NCBI RefSeq assembly: GCF_006345805.1
Contig: NC_043011.1
Coordinates: 57,796,464-57,860,463, forward strand
DNA length: 64,000 nucleotides
Reading direction: 5' to 3'
DNA from: Octopus sinensis
Lineage: Eukaryota
The notes under the pieces are model-generated. The model was not told the origin of the DNA. It saw only the letters and a list, made by a program, of their open reading frames with translations, and did no database searches. Position 1 is the first letter of the stretch, and each line of letters begins with the position of its first letter. Of this stretch, positions 12,555 through 27,584 are shown piece by piece. A program made the translations under genes and the position numbers.

Positions 12555-14522
12555 GTCATTGTCATCGTCACCACCACCACAATCACCACCGTCACCACCA
12601 CCACCACCACCACCACTACCACCACCACCACCACCACCTTAATCATCATTTAATGTCCGTTGTCCATGCTGTCATGGGTTGGACAGTGTGACCAGAGCTG
12701 GTAAGCTGGGTGGGGCTGTGCCAGACTCCAACCTGATTTGGCATTATTTCTACTGCTGGATGCCCTTCCCCTACTCCCTGCCAAGCTCCTTAATCATCTG
12801 TCACACTATTTTCACTTTAAAACACTTACCCACCAAACATTCTTTTCTCTTCTTTTATCCTATTCTCTCTCTCCTCTCTCTCTCTCATATTCTTCTTCCA
12901 CCTTGACATAACATCTCTCTCTCTCTTTCTCTCTCTCTCTCTGCCTCATTTTCCAGATGTGGGAGCCATGTATTCACCCCTATCATAGTTTCATGTCCAT
13001 CACAACTGTACCCCACTCGGTCGAGGTGGGGTCTTGCCTTACAATACTTGGTAATATATTAGCATTTTTGAAAATTAAAAGACGAATAAGAAATGGTTTT
13101 ATAAAATAGGCTACTATTTATTCAATGTCAATCATTAAAAAAACATGATGAGAATCATTTAAAGTGAAATTCTTCTGCGGTAAATATTTCTACAGTAAAA
13201 ATGTTGATGGCAAAATTTCCTGCAACCAATTAATTAGATTGAGTTTCTCTATTGGAAACATTTCTCTGTATATTCCAGCATTGGTTTTAGTATTTGGATG
13301 GCAACCATCCTGGGGCAATGCTTTCAAGCATTTAATTGATTGCATCAACCCTAATATGGAATTTCTGTCTCAGAGTTATTTTTCTCAATACATATTTGCT
13401 GAACTGCCAAGTTACAGTTTTAGCCAAAACACAGCTCGAACTTTTGTAGATAAAAGCCAGGTTTAGAAAGAAAAATACAAACAGGAGTATGGACAAAAAC
13501 ATACACACACACACACACACTCTCTCTTTCTCCCTCTCTCACACATGCACACACACACATTCATACATGCACACTCACACACATACAGACGCACATATGT
13601 GTAACAGAAGCCACTGATTATATTTACAGATAATGTGATCAAATGGTTATTGTCATCAAAACTAATGTGTCTGAAGCTCTTTATATGCTTAACGTTATTA
13701 GCCGATTATTGTCATTGAAAAGGTTTCATCATTGCAAAGTGTGTGTATGCGTATGTGTGTGCATCTATGTGTACATGTTCATATATATATATATATACAC
13801 ACACATAATTGCATTCATACACAAACACACACACACAAACACAGTCACATATACACACCCATATATTATAAAATAAATTAAAAAATGACCGGGTGATTGT
13901 AAATGATATCAAATCATTTATGAAATAGTTCTACAGAAATGGATATAAAAATCTATAAATTAAGCAAATTGAAGAGGAAAATCAGGGAAGTGAGACTTCC
14001 TGGTAATTCTTCGTGGAAGGGAAACATCCTGAAAGTTTATCCTTCAATATTACAGATTCTCAAAGATGATAGTCCACTGCTCAGTCCTGTATGCTTTTTG
14101 CTATATGTCCAGCTTCTGCTGTTTGGCCCTTAACTGGAACTCTTGATATCTAGTAAGCCCTTCACTCCCTATGGTACATTGGTTATTCATGTGCTTCTCT
14201 CCAGTAGGATCCCTAATCCTGTTGAATTACATCCTGTTTCCCAGAGGGAAGGATTTCCTTTTCCAGGTTTTCGGTTTTGAATTACTATCAATACTTCTAT
14301 AACTTTGCTTTTTGCATAGGTAGGTGTATTGTCCCCTTTGCAAAACCATTTCTACCTATGGAAGGAAACAGGTGGTTCATATTAGTCTGGCCTCTTTCCT
14401 TTTAACTATGTGAGACCCTCCGAGGGGCTTCTGCTCAATCAAATGGATCTCAATTCATTGTGATACACAAGCTATCACACTACATCAACAACATCATCAC
14501 CATCATCACCATCACCATCACC

Positions 14523-14576
<54 letters not shown>

Positions 14577-15063
14577 TAATGTCTGTTTTCATGGCAGTAT
14601 GGATTGGATCGTTTGACAAGAGCTGGGAGACTGGAGAGCGGCACCAGGCGCCAATTGTCTGTTTTAGCATGGTTTCTCTGGCTTGAAGCCCTTTCTAATG
14701 CTAACCACATAACAGAGTGTACTGGGTGCTTTTTATCTGGTACCAGCATGAGTGATATGAACTAAAAAAAGACCCGAACACCGAGACCAACTGTATAGAG
14801 ATACAAAAAGAGTAATGTTATATATTTTCAAATTCTAAATCAACAAAGAAACTATATATTGTTTGAGTGCCATAGTATTACAATGGTATTTGCACTGAGG
14901 GATCCTCTCTTATAGGTGTATAGTGCTAAGAAGCATAAACATATCACTATACATTTATGTGCCATCAACATGGGTGCCATTTGTGTGACACTGGTATCTA
15001 CCATAACTGTGATTTTGCTCAGCTTCATGGGTCTTCTTATATATATGTGTATAATTATCTATC

Positions 15064-15121
<58 letters not shown>

Positions 15122-15214
15122 GTATATATATAATATATATAGGATATTCACATGCACATTACACTGGTTTCAAATGTTGGTGCAATGCCAGCAAATCTGG
15201 GAGAGGAGATAAGT

Positions 15215-15330
15215 TGCTTCCATCGATCCGGTTGCTCAGCTGCTTCTTATTTTTATCAATCCTGAAAGGATGAATAGAAAGGCAAAGTTGACCTTGGCAC
15301 AATTTGAACTCAGAACACAAAGACAGAGGA
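15215..15330 (-). mobile_element. SINE family A fragment
   Basis: cctgaaaggatgaatagaaaggcaaagttgacc...tttgaactcagaac. Confidence 0.7.
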
Positions 15331-15375
15331 AAAGCCTCTGCATATGTATGTATATACAAAAATATATATATATAC

Positions 15376-15406
<31 letters not shown>

Positions 15407-16253
15407 TACATATATTTGAGAGTATTGTTAACACTAACAATCTCAAAATAAAGCTGTGTATTTTTTGTATATATTTATATACATATATCTATATATACAT
15501 ATATATAATATACATACACACCACACGCATATATATTATATTATTATATATATATATATTGATGGAGAAATGTTTTGTCTTGCAAAAATAATGGTATGCT
15601 GCCATTTTGCAACATTCCTCTCAAAGAAGTCAGATTGATTAATGACTTGAACAGCGTGAAAAATAAACATATACATCAATATATATATCTGTATATATAC
15701 ATATATATATATGTGTATGTATTCGTATATAATTATGGCTTATCTAGAAGAAGCATTACTCATTGAATTATTTTGTTTAAACTTTTACAATACAACTGGA
15801 ATATTGTAGATAATGTGTTAAGCCTTGCTAATCTCCGTGTGTAGCTGTGTGGTGGAGAAGGAATGAACTCCCCAGCCTTACGCTTCCAGGTTCGGTCCCA
15901 ATGTGTAGCACCTTGGGCAGGTGTTTTCTACCATTGCTCTGATTTGAATAAAGACTTGACAGTGTGTTTGGGAGATAAAAACTGACAAGAAGCTCATTGT
16001 GTTCATACGTACACAAAAAAGCAGCAGAAATATCACCAAAACTGTAACAAACTGTTCCTCGTTTGTCGGACAGTTTTCTTTAGAATTTAAACAAAACTGT
16101 CCGACGAATGGGAATGTGAAACTCTGAATAACAGTTTTTGTGACATTCCTGCTGCTTTTTAATAAAGCATATTACTGAACCTCTGGATTCGAGTACTATT
16201 TTTTTCGCCTTGTTTCGCATCTATTATGCTTACTCCAGTATATATACATACAT

Positions 16254-16285
<32 letters not shown>

Positions 16286-16317
16286 TATAATATATATATT
16301 ATATATATATATTATAC

Positions 16318-16357
<40 letters not shown>

Positions 16358-16412
16358 TATATTATATATATATATATATAATATATATATATACACACAC
16401 ATATATATATAC

Positions 16413-16570
16413 GTGTGGAGGCGCAATGGCCCATGGTTAGGGCAGCGGACTCGCGTTGTAGAATCGTGGTTTCGATTCTCAGACGGGCATTGTGAGTGTT
16501 TATTGAGTGAAAACACCTAAAAGCTCCATGAGGCTCCGGCAGGGTGGGGTGGCGATCCCTGCTGTACTCT
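16413..16570 (+). mobile_element. SINE family C 5' fragment
   Basis: Matches the head of 40677-41060. Confidence 0.85.
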
Positions 16571-16574
16571 TTGT

Positions 16575-16720
16575 GCATAACTGGTACTTATTTAATTGAC
16601 CCCGAAAGGATGAAAGGCAAATTCGACCTCGGCGGAATTTGAACTCAGAACATAGTGGCAGACGAAATACTGCTAAGCATTCTGCCCGGCGTGCTACTGT
16701 TTCAGCCAGCTCACCACCTT
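16575..16720 (-). mobile_element. SINE family A 5' part, abutting a family C fragment
   Basis: Core, B box and head cagccagctcaccacctt. Confidence 0.8.
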
Positions 16721-16989
16721 TTATATCCAACCAACGACCTATTCTCCGCAGCATGTCATTAATCAATCGTTGATGATTAATTCGCAAATGTATATCAATT
16801 GTGGTGCATAGATTCGCGTCCTGCTGCGATATCTCTTTGCCATTGTCTTGCAATTAGTCAATTGTGGTTTTGTAATTTTATAGTGACCGGTCGAATACTT
16901 CTTAGTAGGGAGAGTAAGAAGAAAATTGCATTGTTTGTTCATTCCTGGTAAAAGATTATAAATGTAAAATTTATAAATCAATGTTGGGG

Positions 16990-17022
<33 letters not shown>

Positions 17023-17429
17023 ATGTAAAACTACAGGGTTCTACATTATGTTTCTGATACACGGGGGGGGGAGAATATAAATATATATACATATATATAT
17101 ATACATACAAATGTATGTGTGTGTCTGTCTACATCTATTTGTATGTGTGTGTACATGCTTTTATATATGTGTGTATATATATATATATATATTTATACAC
17201 ACATACATGTATATATAAACACACTTACACACGCAATCATTTATGTCTATGCGTATATATAAAAACATATGCAACACACACACATACATACAGGCACATA
17301 CATATATATGTACATACACACACATATACACACACACGCACGTATCAGTCATAAATTTTCATGTCCAAACCTATCTCGTCAAACTGTTTCCTTTATTGTA
17401 TGATTTATTTATTTCCATAGTTTACAACC

Positions 17430-17629
17430 ACATGCTCACCACTACTACTACTACTACTACTACTACCACTGACGCTGCTGCTGCTTCTGTGCCACTGCCG
17501 CTACTGTTGCTACCGCCACCACCTCTACTACTACTACTATTACTACTACTACTACTAACACCACCACTACTGCTGCTGCTGCTGTGCTACTGTTGCTACC
17601 ACCACCACAACTACCACCACCACTACTAT

Positions 17630-17685
<56 letters not shown>

Positions 17686-17730
17686 ATAAAAATTATAATA
17701 ATAATAATACTGCTGCTGCTGCTGCTACCA
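17430..17730. repeat. (CTA)n/(CTG)n/(CAC)n compound tract
   Basis: Direct reading. Confidence 0.9.
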
Positions 17731-17744
17731 CCACCGCGACTACC

Positions 17745-18040
17745 CTTTGCAACCAGGTAGTTTTAGGTTCAGTCCCAATGCATAGCACCTTGGGCAGGCT
17801 CTTTGTAGATGGAAACTGTATGGAAGCCCATTATGTGTGTGTGTGTGTTTGTGTGTGTCATTGTGTTTGTGCTTGTACACTACAGCTTATGAACCAACAT
17901 TGGTTTGCTTGTATTCCTGTAACTTAGCAGTTTGGCAAAAGTGACTGATAATGTACCAGATGGAGGATGATTTGTTCAATGAAACCTTTCAGAATAGTGC
18001 CGTAGCATGGCCAGAATCCATTGACCGAATTAATTAAAAG
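17745..18040 (+). mobile_element. SINE family B (diverged)
   Basis: ggttcagtccc...ccttgggcagg...gtaacttagcagtttggcaaaa...gcatggcc. Confidence 0.7.
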
Positions 18041-18849
18041 GTAAGAGATTGAGTACAGATGCACTGCCAAGAAACATCTTCAGTGTTGTATCCCAGGATC
18101 ACTGGGTGTTTCGGGTCTTGAAACATAGACCTGCATTCAGGTGAAACAATCTAGATGGATCAGGCCTTGATCTCTGTCCTGTCTGACTGCATAACTGTAA
18201 TGTTTTCTTCCTGAGGCAGTTTCTGAGAATGCCACACCCTCACTTTAAACAATGGGATCTATATAAGACCTAAACAACAGAACCAAAATTGCCACACCCA
18301 TAAATGCTTCACCCTCAGCAGACCACTGTCCCCTCATTTTCCCCCAGTTAGTCTCCTAGTTCAAGGAGTGTTCTCCTGACACCACTGATCACTCTTTTCA
18401 TACAGAGCCACCTAGAGGCTTTCTGAGAGGTCCCTGTCTTCTTGATAGCCCTTATATATGCATGTGTGCGCACACACACACATATACACACACACGCACA
18501 CACACACACAGTGACTCCTAGTCATGCTTTTGTGCATCGGATGCAGATAGAATGAAAACAAGAAGACCCATTATTTATGCTTTGCATCCTCCTGAATTAC
18601 AGAGAGCCACGTTGTTGCTTTGCCGTTCATCATGAGAATAGCCTTCAATCAGGATCCGTGTGCATCTGACCGGAACTGACAGGAATGCATTTCACACATC
18701 CTGTCCACACGCAGGGAGGCACATGGAAATCGAACCAGCTTTGGCATATACATGCACAGGCAAGCACCCCACACCATGCACACATATGCAAATATAAACA
18801 CACACACACACATGCACACGAATGAAAATGCACACTGCAAACATATAAA

Positions 18850-18882
<33 letters not shown>

Positions 18883-19033
18883 GGATATGTACATATATGT
18901 GTGTGCATATATATATATACATGAGATCAAAGTATACCACCTGGTCTTATCACTATGTATGTATGTTTATGGGTAAAAAAATTAATATATTTATAACTCT
19001 CTATATATACACACACATGCACACACTACACAT

Positions 19034-19079
<46 letters not shown>

Positions 19080-19222
19080 CCACACACATACACACATATA
19101 TACACACCTACATACATACATACATATATATATACACACATACCCAGCACAGATACATATATACATATACATACACACATACACACACATACCCAGCACA
19201 GATACATATATACATACACACA

Positions 19223-19257
<35 letters not shown>

Positions 19258-19261
19258 TTGT

Positions 19262-19496
19262 TTTATTTATTTTATTTGTTTCAGTCGTCTGACTGGCCAT
19301 GCTGGAGCACCGCTTTTAGTGGAACAAATCGACCCCAGGACTTACTCTTTGTAAGCCTTGTACTTATTCAATCGGTCGCTTTTGCTGAATCGCTAAGTTA
19401 CGGGGATGGCCTGCTAAGTTACAGGGACGTAAACATACCAACATCGGTTGTCAAGCCATGGTGCAGGAAGAAACACAGACACACACATATTATGTG

Positions 19497-19535
<39 letters not shown>

Positions 19536-19705
19536 CATACATACAATGGGCTTCTTTGAGGTCCCATCTACCAAATCCACTTACAAGGCTTTGGTTGGCC
19601 TGAGGCTATAGTAGAAGACGCTTGTCCAAGGTGCCGCACAGTGGGACTGAACCTGGAACCATATGGTTGGGAAGCTAGCTTCTTATCACACAGCAACTCC
19701 TGCAC
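19262..19705 (-). mobile_element. SINE family B, near full-length
   Basis: Both halves match 23843-24262. Confidence 0.85.
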
Positions 19706-20194
19706 CTATATTCATATATATATACACACATATGCATAGTAATATTCTATACCTATGGTTTGACCTGTAAGTTTAGAGCAGAATTCAGTAGGCTCAATAT
19801 AGAAGCCTGTTGGAGGTGTGACTATGTGGAGGTGTGTGTTTTTTCCTGTATGTACTTGTGTGTGTGTTTGTGTGTGTTTATATATATTTATTTATATGGA
19901 TGTTAATTGATGACAATGAGGAGTCTGTGTCATCATCATTTAATGTCCATTTTTCAAGCTGGCAGGGGTGGAAAAATTTGAGAGGAGTTGATTATGCAAG
20001 AAGACTTCGCCATCTGTTTCGGCATGGTTTTTACTGCTGGATGCCCTTTCTAACCCCAGCCACCCCATAGAGTGGACCGAGTGCTTTTTATGTTTCACTG
20101 GCACCGGTGAGGTCAGTTTTCGCATGGATTTTACAGCTGGATGCCCTTCTAAATGCTGTCCCCTTTACAGTGTTGACTGTATGCTTTTTGCATG

Positions 20195-20530
20195 GCACCT
20201 TCAGTCATAGTAATCGACCCCAGGACTTCTTTTAGAGTTTGGTACTTACTCTATCAGTCTCTTTTGCCGAATCACCAAATTACAAGGCCATAAACAAACC
20301 AATACCAGTTATGGAGAGTAAATAAAAACAAAAACAAACAGACACACTCATACACATATATATTTATAAAATGAACCTTTACATGCCCTCCATCAACCAA
20401 ATTCACTCAAAATGGTATTTCAGAGACCCAGAGATACAGTAGAAGACATTTTCCAAACATGCTGCAGAGTGGGATTGAACCTAGAGCCTGGTGGTTGCGA
20501 AGTAAATTCCTTCCTCGACCACACAGCCAT
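20195..20530 (-). mobile_element. SINE family B (diverged)
   Basis: aatcgaccccagg...tgggattgaacc...cacacagccatgc. Confidence 0.7.
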
Positions 20531-20916
20531 GCTTGACCCTCAATTGCTTTTGCTGTTAGTTATAATCTGTTCATTGTGTATATTTATTATAACTTTTAGT
20601 GTTATTTTTTTTTTTTGTTTGATGGGAGATAAGTCAGAAACTAATCAGGTGACAAGACAATTACCTTGTCAATGTTGTGTAGGTTACAGGTAGTGGAAAA
20701 ACAGGCAGCGATGAGGGTGGTGGTGGTTGGGGTGGGGGATGGGACGGGGGCGGGGGTTTGATGTTGGTAGTTGCAGGTAGGACTGAGTTGGGTTCTTTTC
20801 TGATTTAGCTAGACTAGTTGCCAACCAAAATTAACACACCACCTCCACCCATCTACACACACACACACACACACACGTATATAAGTACACACACATACGC
20901 GTATGTATATGGATAT

Positions 20917-20957
<41 letters not shown>

Positions 20958-20975
20958 TGCCTACATAGAGATATT

Positions 20976-21029
<54 letters not shown>

Positions 21030-21196
21030 CATACATACACACAAATATACTTTTAACGGAATGGCTAGATAATCTAGACCACAAGATATATGTAGGTGTA
21101 CATGTTACCAGGTGAGCTTGGTATGAATGTTAGTGTGTGTGTGGGGACATGTGTATGCATATATGAATATATATTTATATCGATATGTATATATGC

Positions 21197-21234
<38 letters not shown>

Positions 21235-21819
21235 TATATACTATACATATATATCATATATATATACTATCACACTCATGCACACACACACAAACACATG
21301 CCCACACACACGCACACACACGCATAAATATATATGTGTACACACACAGCTTAGCTTCTGCTTAGATAGAAGTTCATTTATTCAGTGAACCAGGCACTAA
21401 CATGGACATAGATTCGGCTTTGCTCTGTCACACACATGCACACACATGAATGTAGACAACTACATCAAGCAGCCAGTTGAGATCATAGTCACACACACAC
21501 ACACACACACACACACATCCACTCATCCATACTCATACAAGTACTTACCTACTTCCATATATATTATATACACATACCTACGCTTCTCACATTGACATTT
21601 ACACAAGCAGTCATATCTAGCAGTTAGTAAGTACCTACATACATATTTCTGTATATACCTACATACAAAAACACACCTATATCAACACTCCATCTGCTCT
21701 CCACCAACAACCCAACTCACACACACGTGTGTGTGTGTGCGCGCGTGTATATAAATATATATATATATATGAATATATATATATATATATCCTTATATCC
21801 TGTTGACAAGGCTTTCAAC

Positions 21820-21856
21820 ATGTCTGAGCGAATATTTGTTACAATTAAATATGGAG
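21820..21856 (+). CDS. C22orf15: C22orf15/CXorf65-like protein, coding exon 1 (MSERIFVTIKYG + phase-1 G)
   Basis: ATG at 21820 (ttcaacATG); donor GGAG|gtatgt after 21856; IFVTIKYG matches the MFIKVMFG N-terminus of human C22orf15 as recalled; possible acceptor gacaag| at 21810 implies an upstream 5'UTR exon. Confidence 0.85.
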
Positions 21857-23842
21857 GTATGTTAAATATATTTTGTCTCATGTTGTCGTCCTCTCTTGAT
21901 TCTGTTCCATGTACAAAGGTATGTAGTCATTCCTTTCCTTTTGTTTTTTTTTCCTTCCGATTATTGTGGAATGTTAAAGTCTACCACGGAACCAACCAGT
22001 CTCTGTTTATACTGATTCCATTTGGTTGGGAACAAGACTGATTTGTGTTGAGTTAAGTGTCATAGGTGAATAAGTCAACTCCACTGTACACCTTAGTTTA
22101 GAGTTATATTCAGATTTTGAAATACTTTTTGGAGTTTTTACTTTTTTGATTATTGGATTCCATGAGAGCATGTGTTAGAGGGTATTGTTAAATGTTGGAA
22201 ATATAAAGTTAAAGGAAAAATAAGAATCATTATTTTGTTAGTAGTCAGGTGAATAAAGTGGACAGGTAGGAGTCTGTGCATTGGTAGGAGGGGAGAAAAA
22301 TATAACAGGAAATCTGTGAGTAAAAAACAATGCTTGGCTGTGTGGTTAGGAAGCTTGTTTTGCTACCACGCATCCATGTGGTTTGGGGTTCAATCTCACT
22401 GTACAGCACCTATTTGGCAAATCTCATCTATTATAACCCTGGGCTATTCAATCCTTTACGAACAAATTTGGTTGATGGAAATTGTGTTGAATACCAGTTT
22501 ACACATACATACATGCATGCATGCACATATGCAGACAGACACACACATGTATATACACACACACTCATATATATGTACATACATATGTACACACACACAC
22601 CTTTTGATACCAACCCGGCTGAAACCGCTTCTGGCTCTGAGTATAAATGTCTTGTTTTCATAAGTTTTGAATTAAAATCTTTTATCAAACATTAGTTACA
22701 ATTTATGTTTCTAACACACACACACACACACACACATGTATATAGTTGAAATTTACAGAAAAACAAAAGACGAAGACAGGTGTATAAACAACAACCAGGT
22801 GTATTAGTTTGACACTGGGGACGTCAGAAGGTCTTTTACATTTCAAGCCTACACCTGACAATAGAAAGGAACACGAGGAAATAAACAGATACATATAGGG
22901 TGAAATCACCACCACCACCACCACTACCATAATCATCCTCATCAGTATCATCATCATCATTTTAACATGCACTGTTCCAATGGACAGAATTTATTAAGAT
23001 AAATTTTTCTATAGCTCGATGCCCTTCTGGGTCCCAACCCTTGTTGATTTCCAAGCAAGGTAATATTTTACCATTACCAGATATATTTCCACAGAATATT
23101 GGAAATGAATGGTACAACTCTTATGAGTGTAATACTCATTTAAAACTAACACTCACACACACACACATACATATTTATACATACATACATACATATAAAC
23201 ATGCATACATACATACATATTTGTGTGTGTGCATGTGTGTGTATGTGTGAGCTCCTTTCAGTTTCCATCTACCAATTCCACTCTCAAATCTTTGATCTGC
23301 CTGGGGCTTTACAAGAAGAGAAAACCCTTTCTCAAAGTGCCATACATACTGTGGGATTGAACCGGAAATGATGTGGTTAAAAAGGAACCTTCTTAACCAC
23401 ACAGTAATGTTTGCACCTATTGAACTTGAAACTATGTGCTTTCATGTCCAATATCTGTGAATAATAAATGATATCTGTATATAATTAATCTTGCATTGAA
23501 AATAGGTCCCAGGAGGGCTTGTTTTGGCAGCTCGATGTGAGCAGTGATCTGATTTGTTTAATGTTTCTTGGCAGCTGCCCAAGCTGAGTATACCTCATCT
23601 CCAGAATATGCTGTGTATTAGTTGAGAAAAAAAAACTTGAGAAACATGCAAACATGGCTGTGCCGAGATACAATTCATTTACATAATGGTAAACTTTGTT
23701 TTTATTTACAACATATTTTTACAAGAAGAAAGAGGAAAAAAAAAACAAACATTAAAAGTATAAAATCAAATTATTGAGACCCCCCCCCCCACATAATTAC
23801 TGCATCAAAGAAACAAAGAAAAAAAGTGGGTTTATTAAGCAG

Positions 23843-24009
23843 CAGGAGTGGCTGTGTGGTAAGTAGCTTGCTAACCAACCACATGGTTCCAGGTTCAGTC
23901 CCACTGCGTGGCATCTTGGGCAAGTGTCTTCTGCTATAGCCCCGGGCCGACCAATGCCTTGTGAGTGGATTTGGTAGACAGAAACTGAAAGAAGCCTGTC
24001 GTATATATG

Positions 24010-24042
<33 letters not shown>

Positions 24043-24262
24043 ATGTTTGTGTGTCTGTGTTTGTCCCCCCACCATCGCTTGACAACCGATGCTGGTGTGT
24101 TTACGTCCCCGTCACTTTGCGGTTTGGCAAAAAAGAGACCGATAGAATAAGTACTGGGCTTACAAAGAATAAGTCCCGAGGTCGATTTGTTCGACTAAAG
24201 GCGGTGCTCCAGCATGGCCGCAGTCAAATGACTGAAACAAGTAAAAAGAGTAAAGAGTAAAA
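23843..24262 (+). mobile_element. SINE family B, full-length
   Basis: ggagtggctgtgtggtaag A box, ggttcagtccc B box, cttgggcaagtgtcttct, (TA)/(TG) slot, 3' end cagcatggccgcagtcaaatgactgaaacaagtaaaa. Confidence 0.9.
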
Positions 24263-24309
24263 AGAAAGAGCAGAAGATGGTGAGGGGGGTGGTTCATAAT
24301 TGTTTGTGA

Positions 24310-24512
24310 TTTAGGCACAAGGCTAATAAGTGGGCGTAGTATTAGTTAATTACATCGATTCCAGTTTTTCATTGGTTCTTTATTTTACCAAATCTGGGTG
24401 TGGGGTGGGGGTGAAAGTCAAAGTTGACCTCAGTGAGATTTGAACTTGCAACGTCATCAACCAAACAAGTGCTGCAAGGTATGTTTGCCACTGCTCTAAG
24501 GATGCTGCCTCT
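24310..24512 (-). mobile_element. SINE family A (diverged)
   Basis: ttaggcacaaggc tail, gtcaaagttgacctcagtgagatttgaac. Confidence 0.65.
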
Positions 24513-24984
24513 CAGCTATAATGCCACTCTGTTGGGAAGCCAGATAGGAATCACAACGTGAATTATGAATAAAGAAAGATAGAGAACCATATAGGTATGC
24601 ATTTAGTCCCAGTGTAAGATTAGGCCCCACGAGGGGAATTTTGCGAGGTAAGAATTTGATCAGTTTCATTGTTATTTTCTATCTGTTATATATTTCTGTC
24701 ATCGAACTGTGGCCATGCAGAGGGGGTGCCTTGGAGTATTGAACCCGTGACCATTCAGATTACTCTACCAAATGTTTTGCTTATTTATTCCCATTGTTTT
24801 GAATTAATTATGGATTATTTTGTAGCTTCAAAATTTCTTTGATGTGATTGTTTATTTTTAGAATAGCATTGTAGGTTAGGTGCGAGAGGCTGGATCTGAC
24901 TGGTTTGAATATAAAACAGGCAGAATATTTAGGCCAAATATGGCCGGTTCAAATGCTGAAGGGTTAATCAAGCAAATCCACCTG

Positions 24985-25270
24985 AGTACATTTCTTTTTA
25001 AAGTCCAGCACTTATTTTGTTGTTTTCTTTGTTGAACTGCTAAGTTACGGTAGTGTAACCAAACCAACACCGGTTGTCAAGCAGTGTAAGAGACAAACAG
25101 AAAACCATAGACACACACACACACAATTATGCACACACATACAATTCTACAAAATCTCCATCTACCAGATTCACTCAAAAGGCAGTTTCTTAAGCTGGAG
25201 GCTTTTGTAAGAGAGATTTGCTCAACATGCTGTGCTGTGGGATGGCATCCAAAACCACTTGGTTGCAATG
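24985..25270 (-). mobile_element. SINE family B (diverged)
   Basis: ttgaactgctaagttacgg...ccatctaccagattcac. Confidence 0.65.
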
Positions 25271-25287
25271 TCATCATCATCATCATC

Positions 25288-25580
25288 ATTTAACGTCCGC
25301 TTTCCATGCTAGCATGGTTTGGACGATTTGACTGAGGTCTGGCGAACCCGACTCCAATCTGATCTGGCAGAGTTTCTACAGCTGGATGCCCTTCATACGC
25401 CAACCACTCCGAGAGTGTAGTGGGTGCTTTTACGTGCCACTGGCACAAGGGTCAGTTTGGTGGCACTGGCAACAGCCACGCCCAAATGGTGCTTTTTACA
25501 TGCCGCCTGCGCAGGAGCCAGTCCAGTGGCACTGGTGACGACCTCGCTCGAATGTTTCACGTGCCACCAGCACAAGATCC
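25288..25580 (-). mobile_element. Repeat family D, longest copy
   Basis: (CAT)n-ttaacgtccgctttccatgctagcatgg...gctggatgcccttc...ccaaccactccgagagtg. Confidence 0.75.
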
Positions 25581-26410
25581 CGATTTATTGATATTAAGAC
25601 AAGGACACACACACAGAGGCAAACACATGCGCGTGCGCGCACACAAATATACAAACATATATATATATATATATATATATGATGGGATTTTCTGAGTGCC
25701 CCAAATCCACTCCCAGGACCTTAGTCAACACAAGGTTTATTAAAAGACACTGACCCAAGGTGCCATGCAATGGGACTGAACCTGAAACCATATGATTCAC
25801 AAATGAACCTTTTAACCACACAGCTATGCTGGTGTTTCTTAGTAGGTATTTTCATTCTTCCCTGCCTTGAATTCAATTAACGAGGGTCCGCATCATTAAC
25901 TCACCTAAACCAATTCTGCCTTTCATGAATTTTTCATTAATTTGAACCTCAGAACTCAAGGAACTGGAATTAGTTTCACAAAATATTTTATCTGATTTAC
26001 CAAAGATTCTGAATTTGGCACCAAAACCAGCTTACCATTTCCTGAATTACTGTTTCTATTGAGAAACCTAGCAAAGTAACACAGTTAAAAAGACCAATAT
26101 TAGGATTGTGTGTGTATATGTATCACTGTGTGTGTGTATGTCTTTCTATATGTGTCTGATAAAATGTGTGTGTGTGTATGTGTTTGTGCATGCACATTTA
26201 TGTGTGTGTAAATGGTTCATGGGTATTTGGGTGTTGTTGCTACTGTTTAGCCATGAGTCAACACTGAGCAATGAGGCTTTATGGGTGGTAGGCACTGCAG
26301 CCATGACAATCTTGTCTTTCAGGTGTAGATACAGGAGCAAATTGTCAAATAAGTACTCTGTTTGAAAATTACTATTTTAAATCTCACAATGAGAGATATT
26401 CAGCAACAGT

Positions 26411-26813
26411 ACTTTGGAGTAAAGATTATTTGCCAACATAACATGGCAGTCCTGGTTTAGGATGAATTTTGCTGTAATTTAGTCCCAGGAGACATCATTT
26501 CCAGCTGGCTATACGACACAATCTGTGTCCTTATATTCTCGAACAAGGGAATCTAGCACCCACACTCAGCTCAAAACAATATCTGTGTATCATGATTCCT
26601 ATGCTGATGAAGAAAAATAACCCAGAAATAGTGATACATAGATATTGTTTTGAGCTGAGTGGGTGTGCTACATTCCCTTGTTCATAAATATAAGGACATA
26701 AATCGTGCCATATAGCCAGCTAGAGACGATGTCTCCTGGGGCTAAATTACAGCAACATTCATCCTAAACCAGGACTGCCATGTTATGTTGGTAAAAAATC
26801 TTTACTCCAAAGT
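26411..26813. mobile_element. MITE-like fold-back element (about 180-bp inverted arms, about 40-bp spacer)
   Basis: actttggagtaaag...gtgtatca / tgatacatag...ctttactccaaagt. Confidence 0.75.
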
Positions 26814-27139
26814 TCTCTGTTTCATTACAGTTGTAAGTAAACAGTGATCTAGTGGATGTTTGTCTGCTATTTCTAGCACATGATGTGACCAGGTTGGGAC
26901 ACCTTCACTGGGTATTATCATAATTGCAGTCATATTATTCTTCAGAATTGGCAGATGCATTGTAAAAGAAAAAAAGGAAACGGAAAATCATGTGGCTGAG
27001 TTCTCTGACTCTGTTAAATATTGGAATTTTGATTTATAGATAGAAGATGGCATGACCAATTTAGTTTGGAAGAATTTATCATTATCTCTTCATGTTCGTG
27101 TACAAATTTATATCTGTTAACATGGTTAATGATAAATAT

Positions 27140-27381
27140 GCATATATACATGCATATGCACACACACATATATAATATATACTCACATACATACATATAA
27201 ATAATATATACTTATACATATCTACATACTTACACACATACATATATATGTTTATAATATATATATTTATAATATATACTTTATATATATGTATATAGAA
27301 AATTCTATTTTTTCTCATGTATACATGTATATGTATATATATATGTTTATATATATACACACATAAAGACACAAACAAGTA

Positions 27382-27451
<70 letters not shown>

Positions 27452-27526
27452 CTTTATATATATTTTTGCATCTATATCTACACACACACATATTCGTATA
27501 TCTACATATATATATGCATATATATT

Positions 27527-27584
<58 letters not shown>

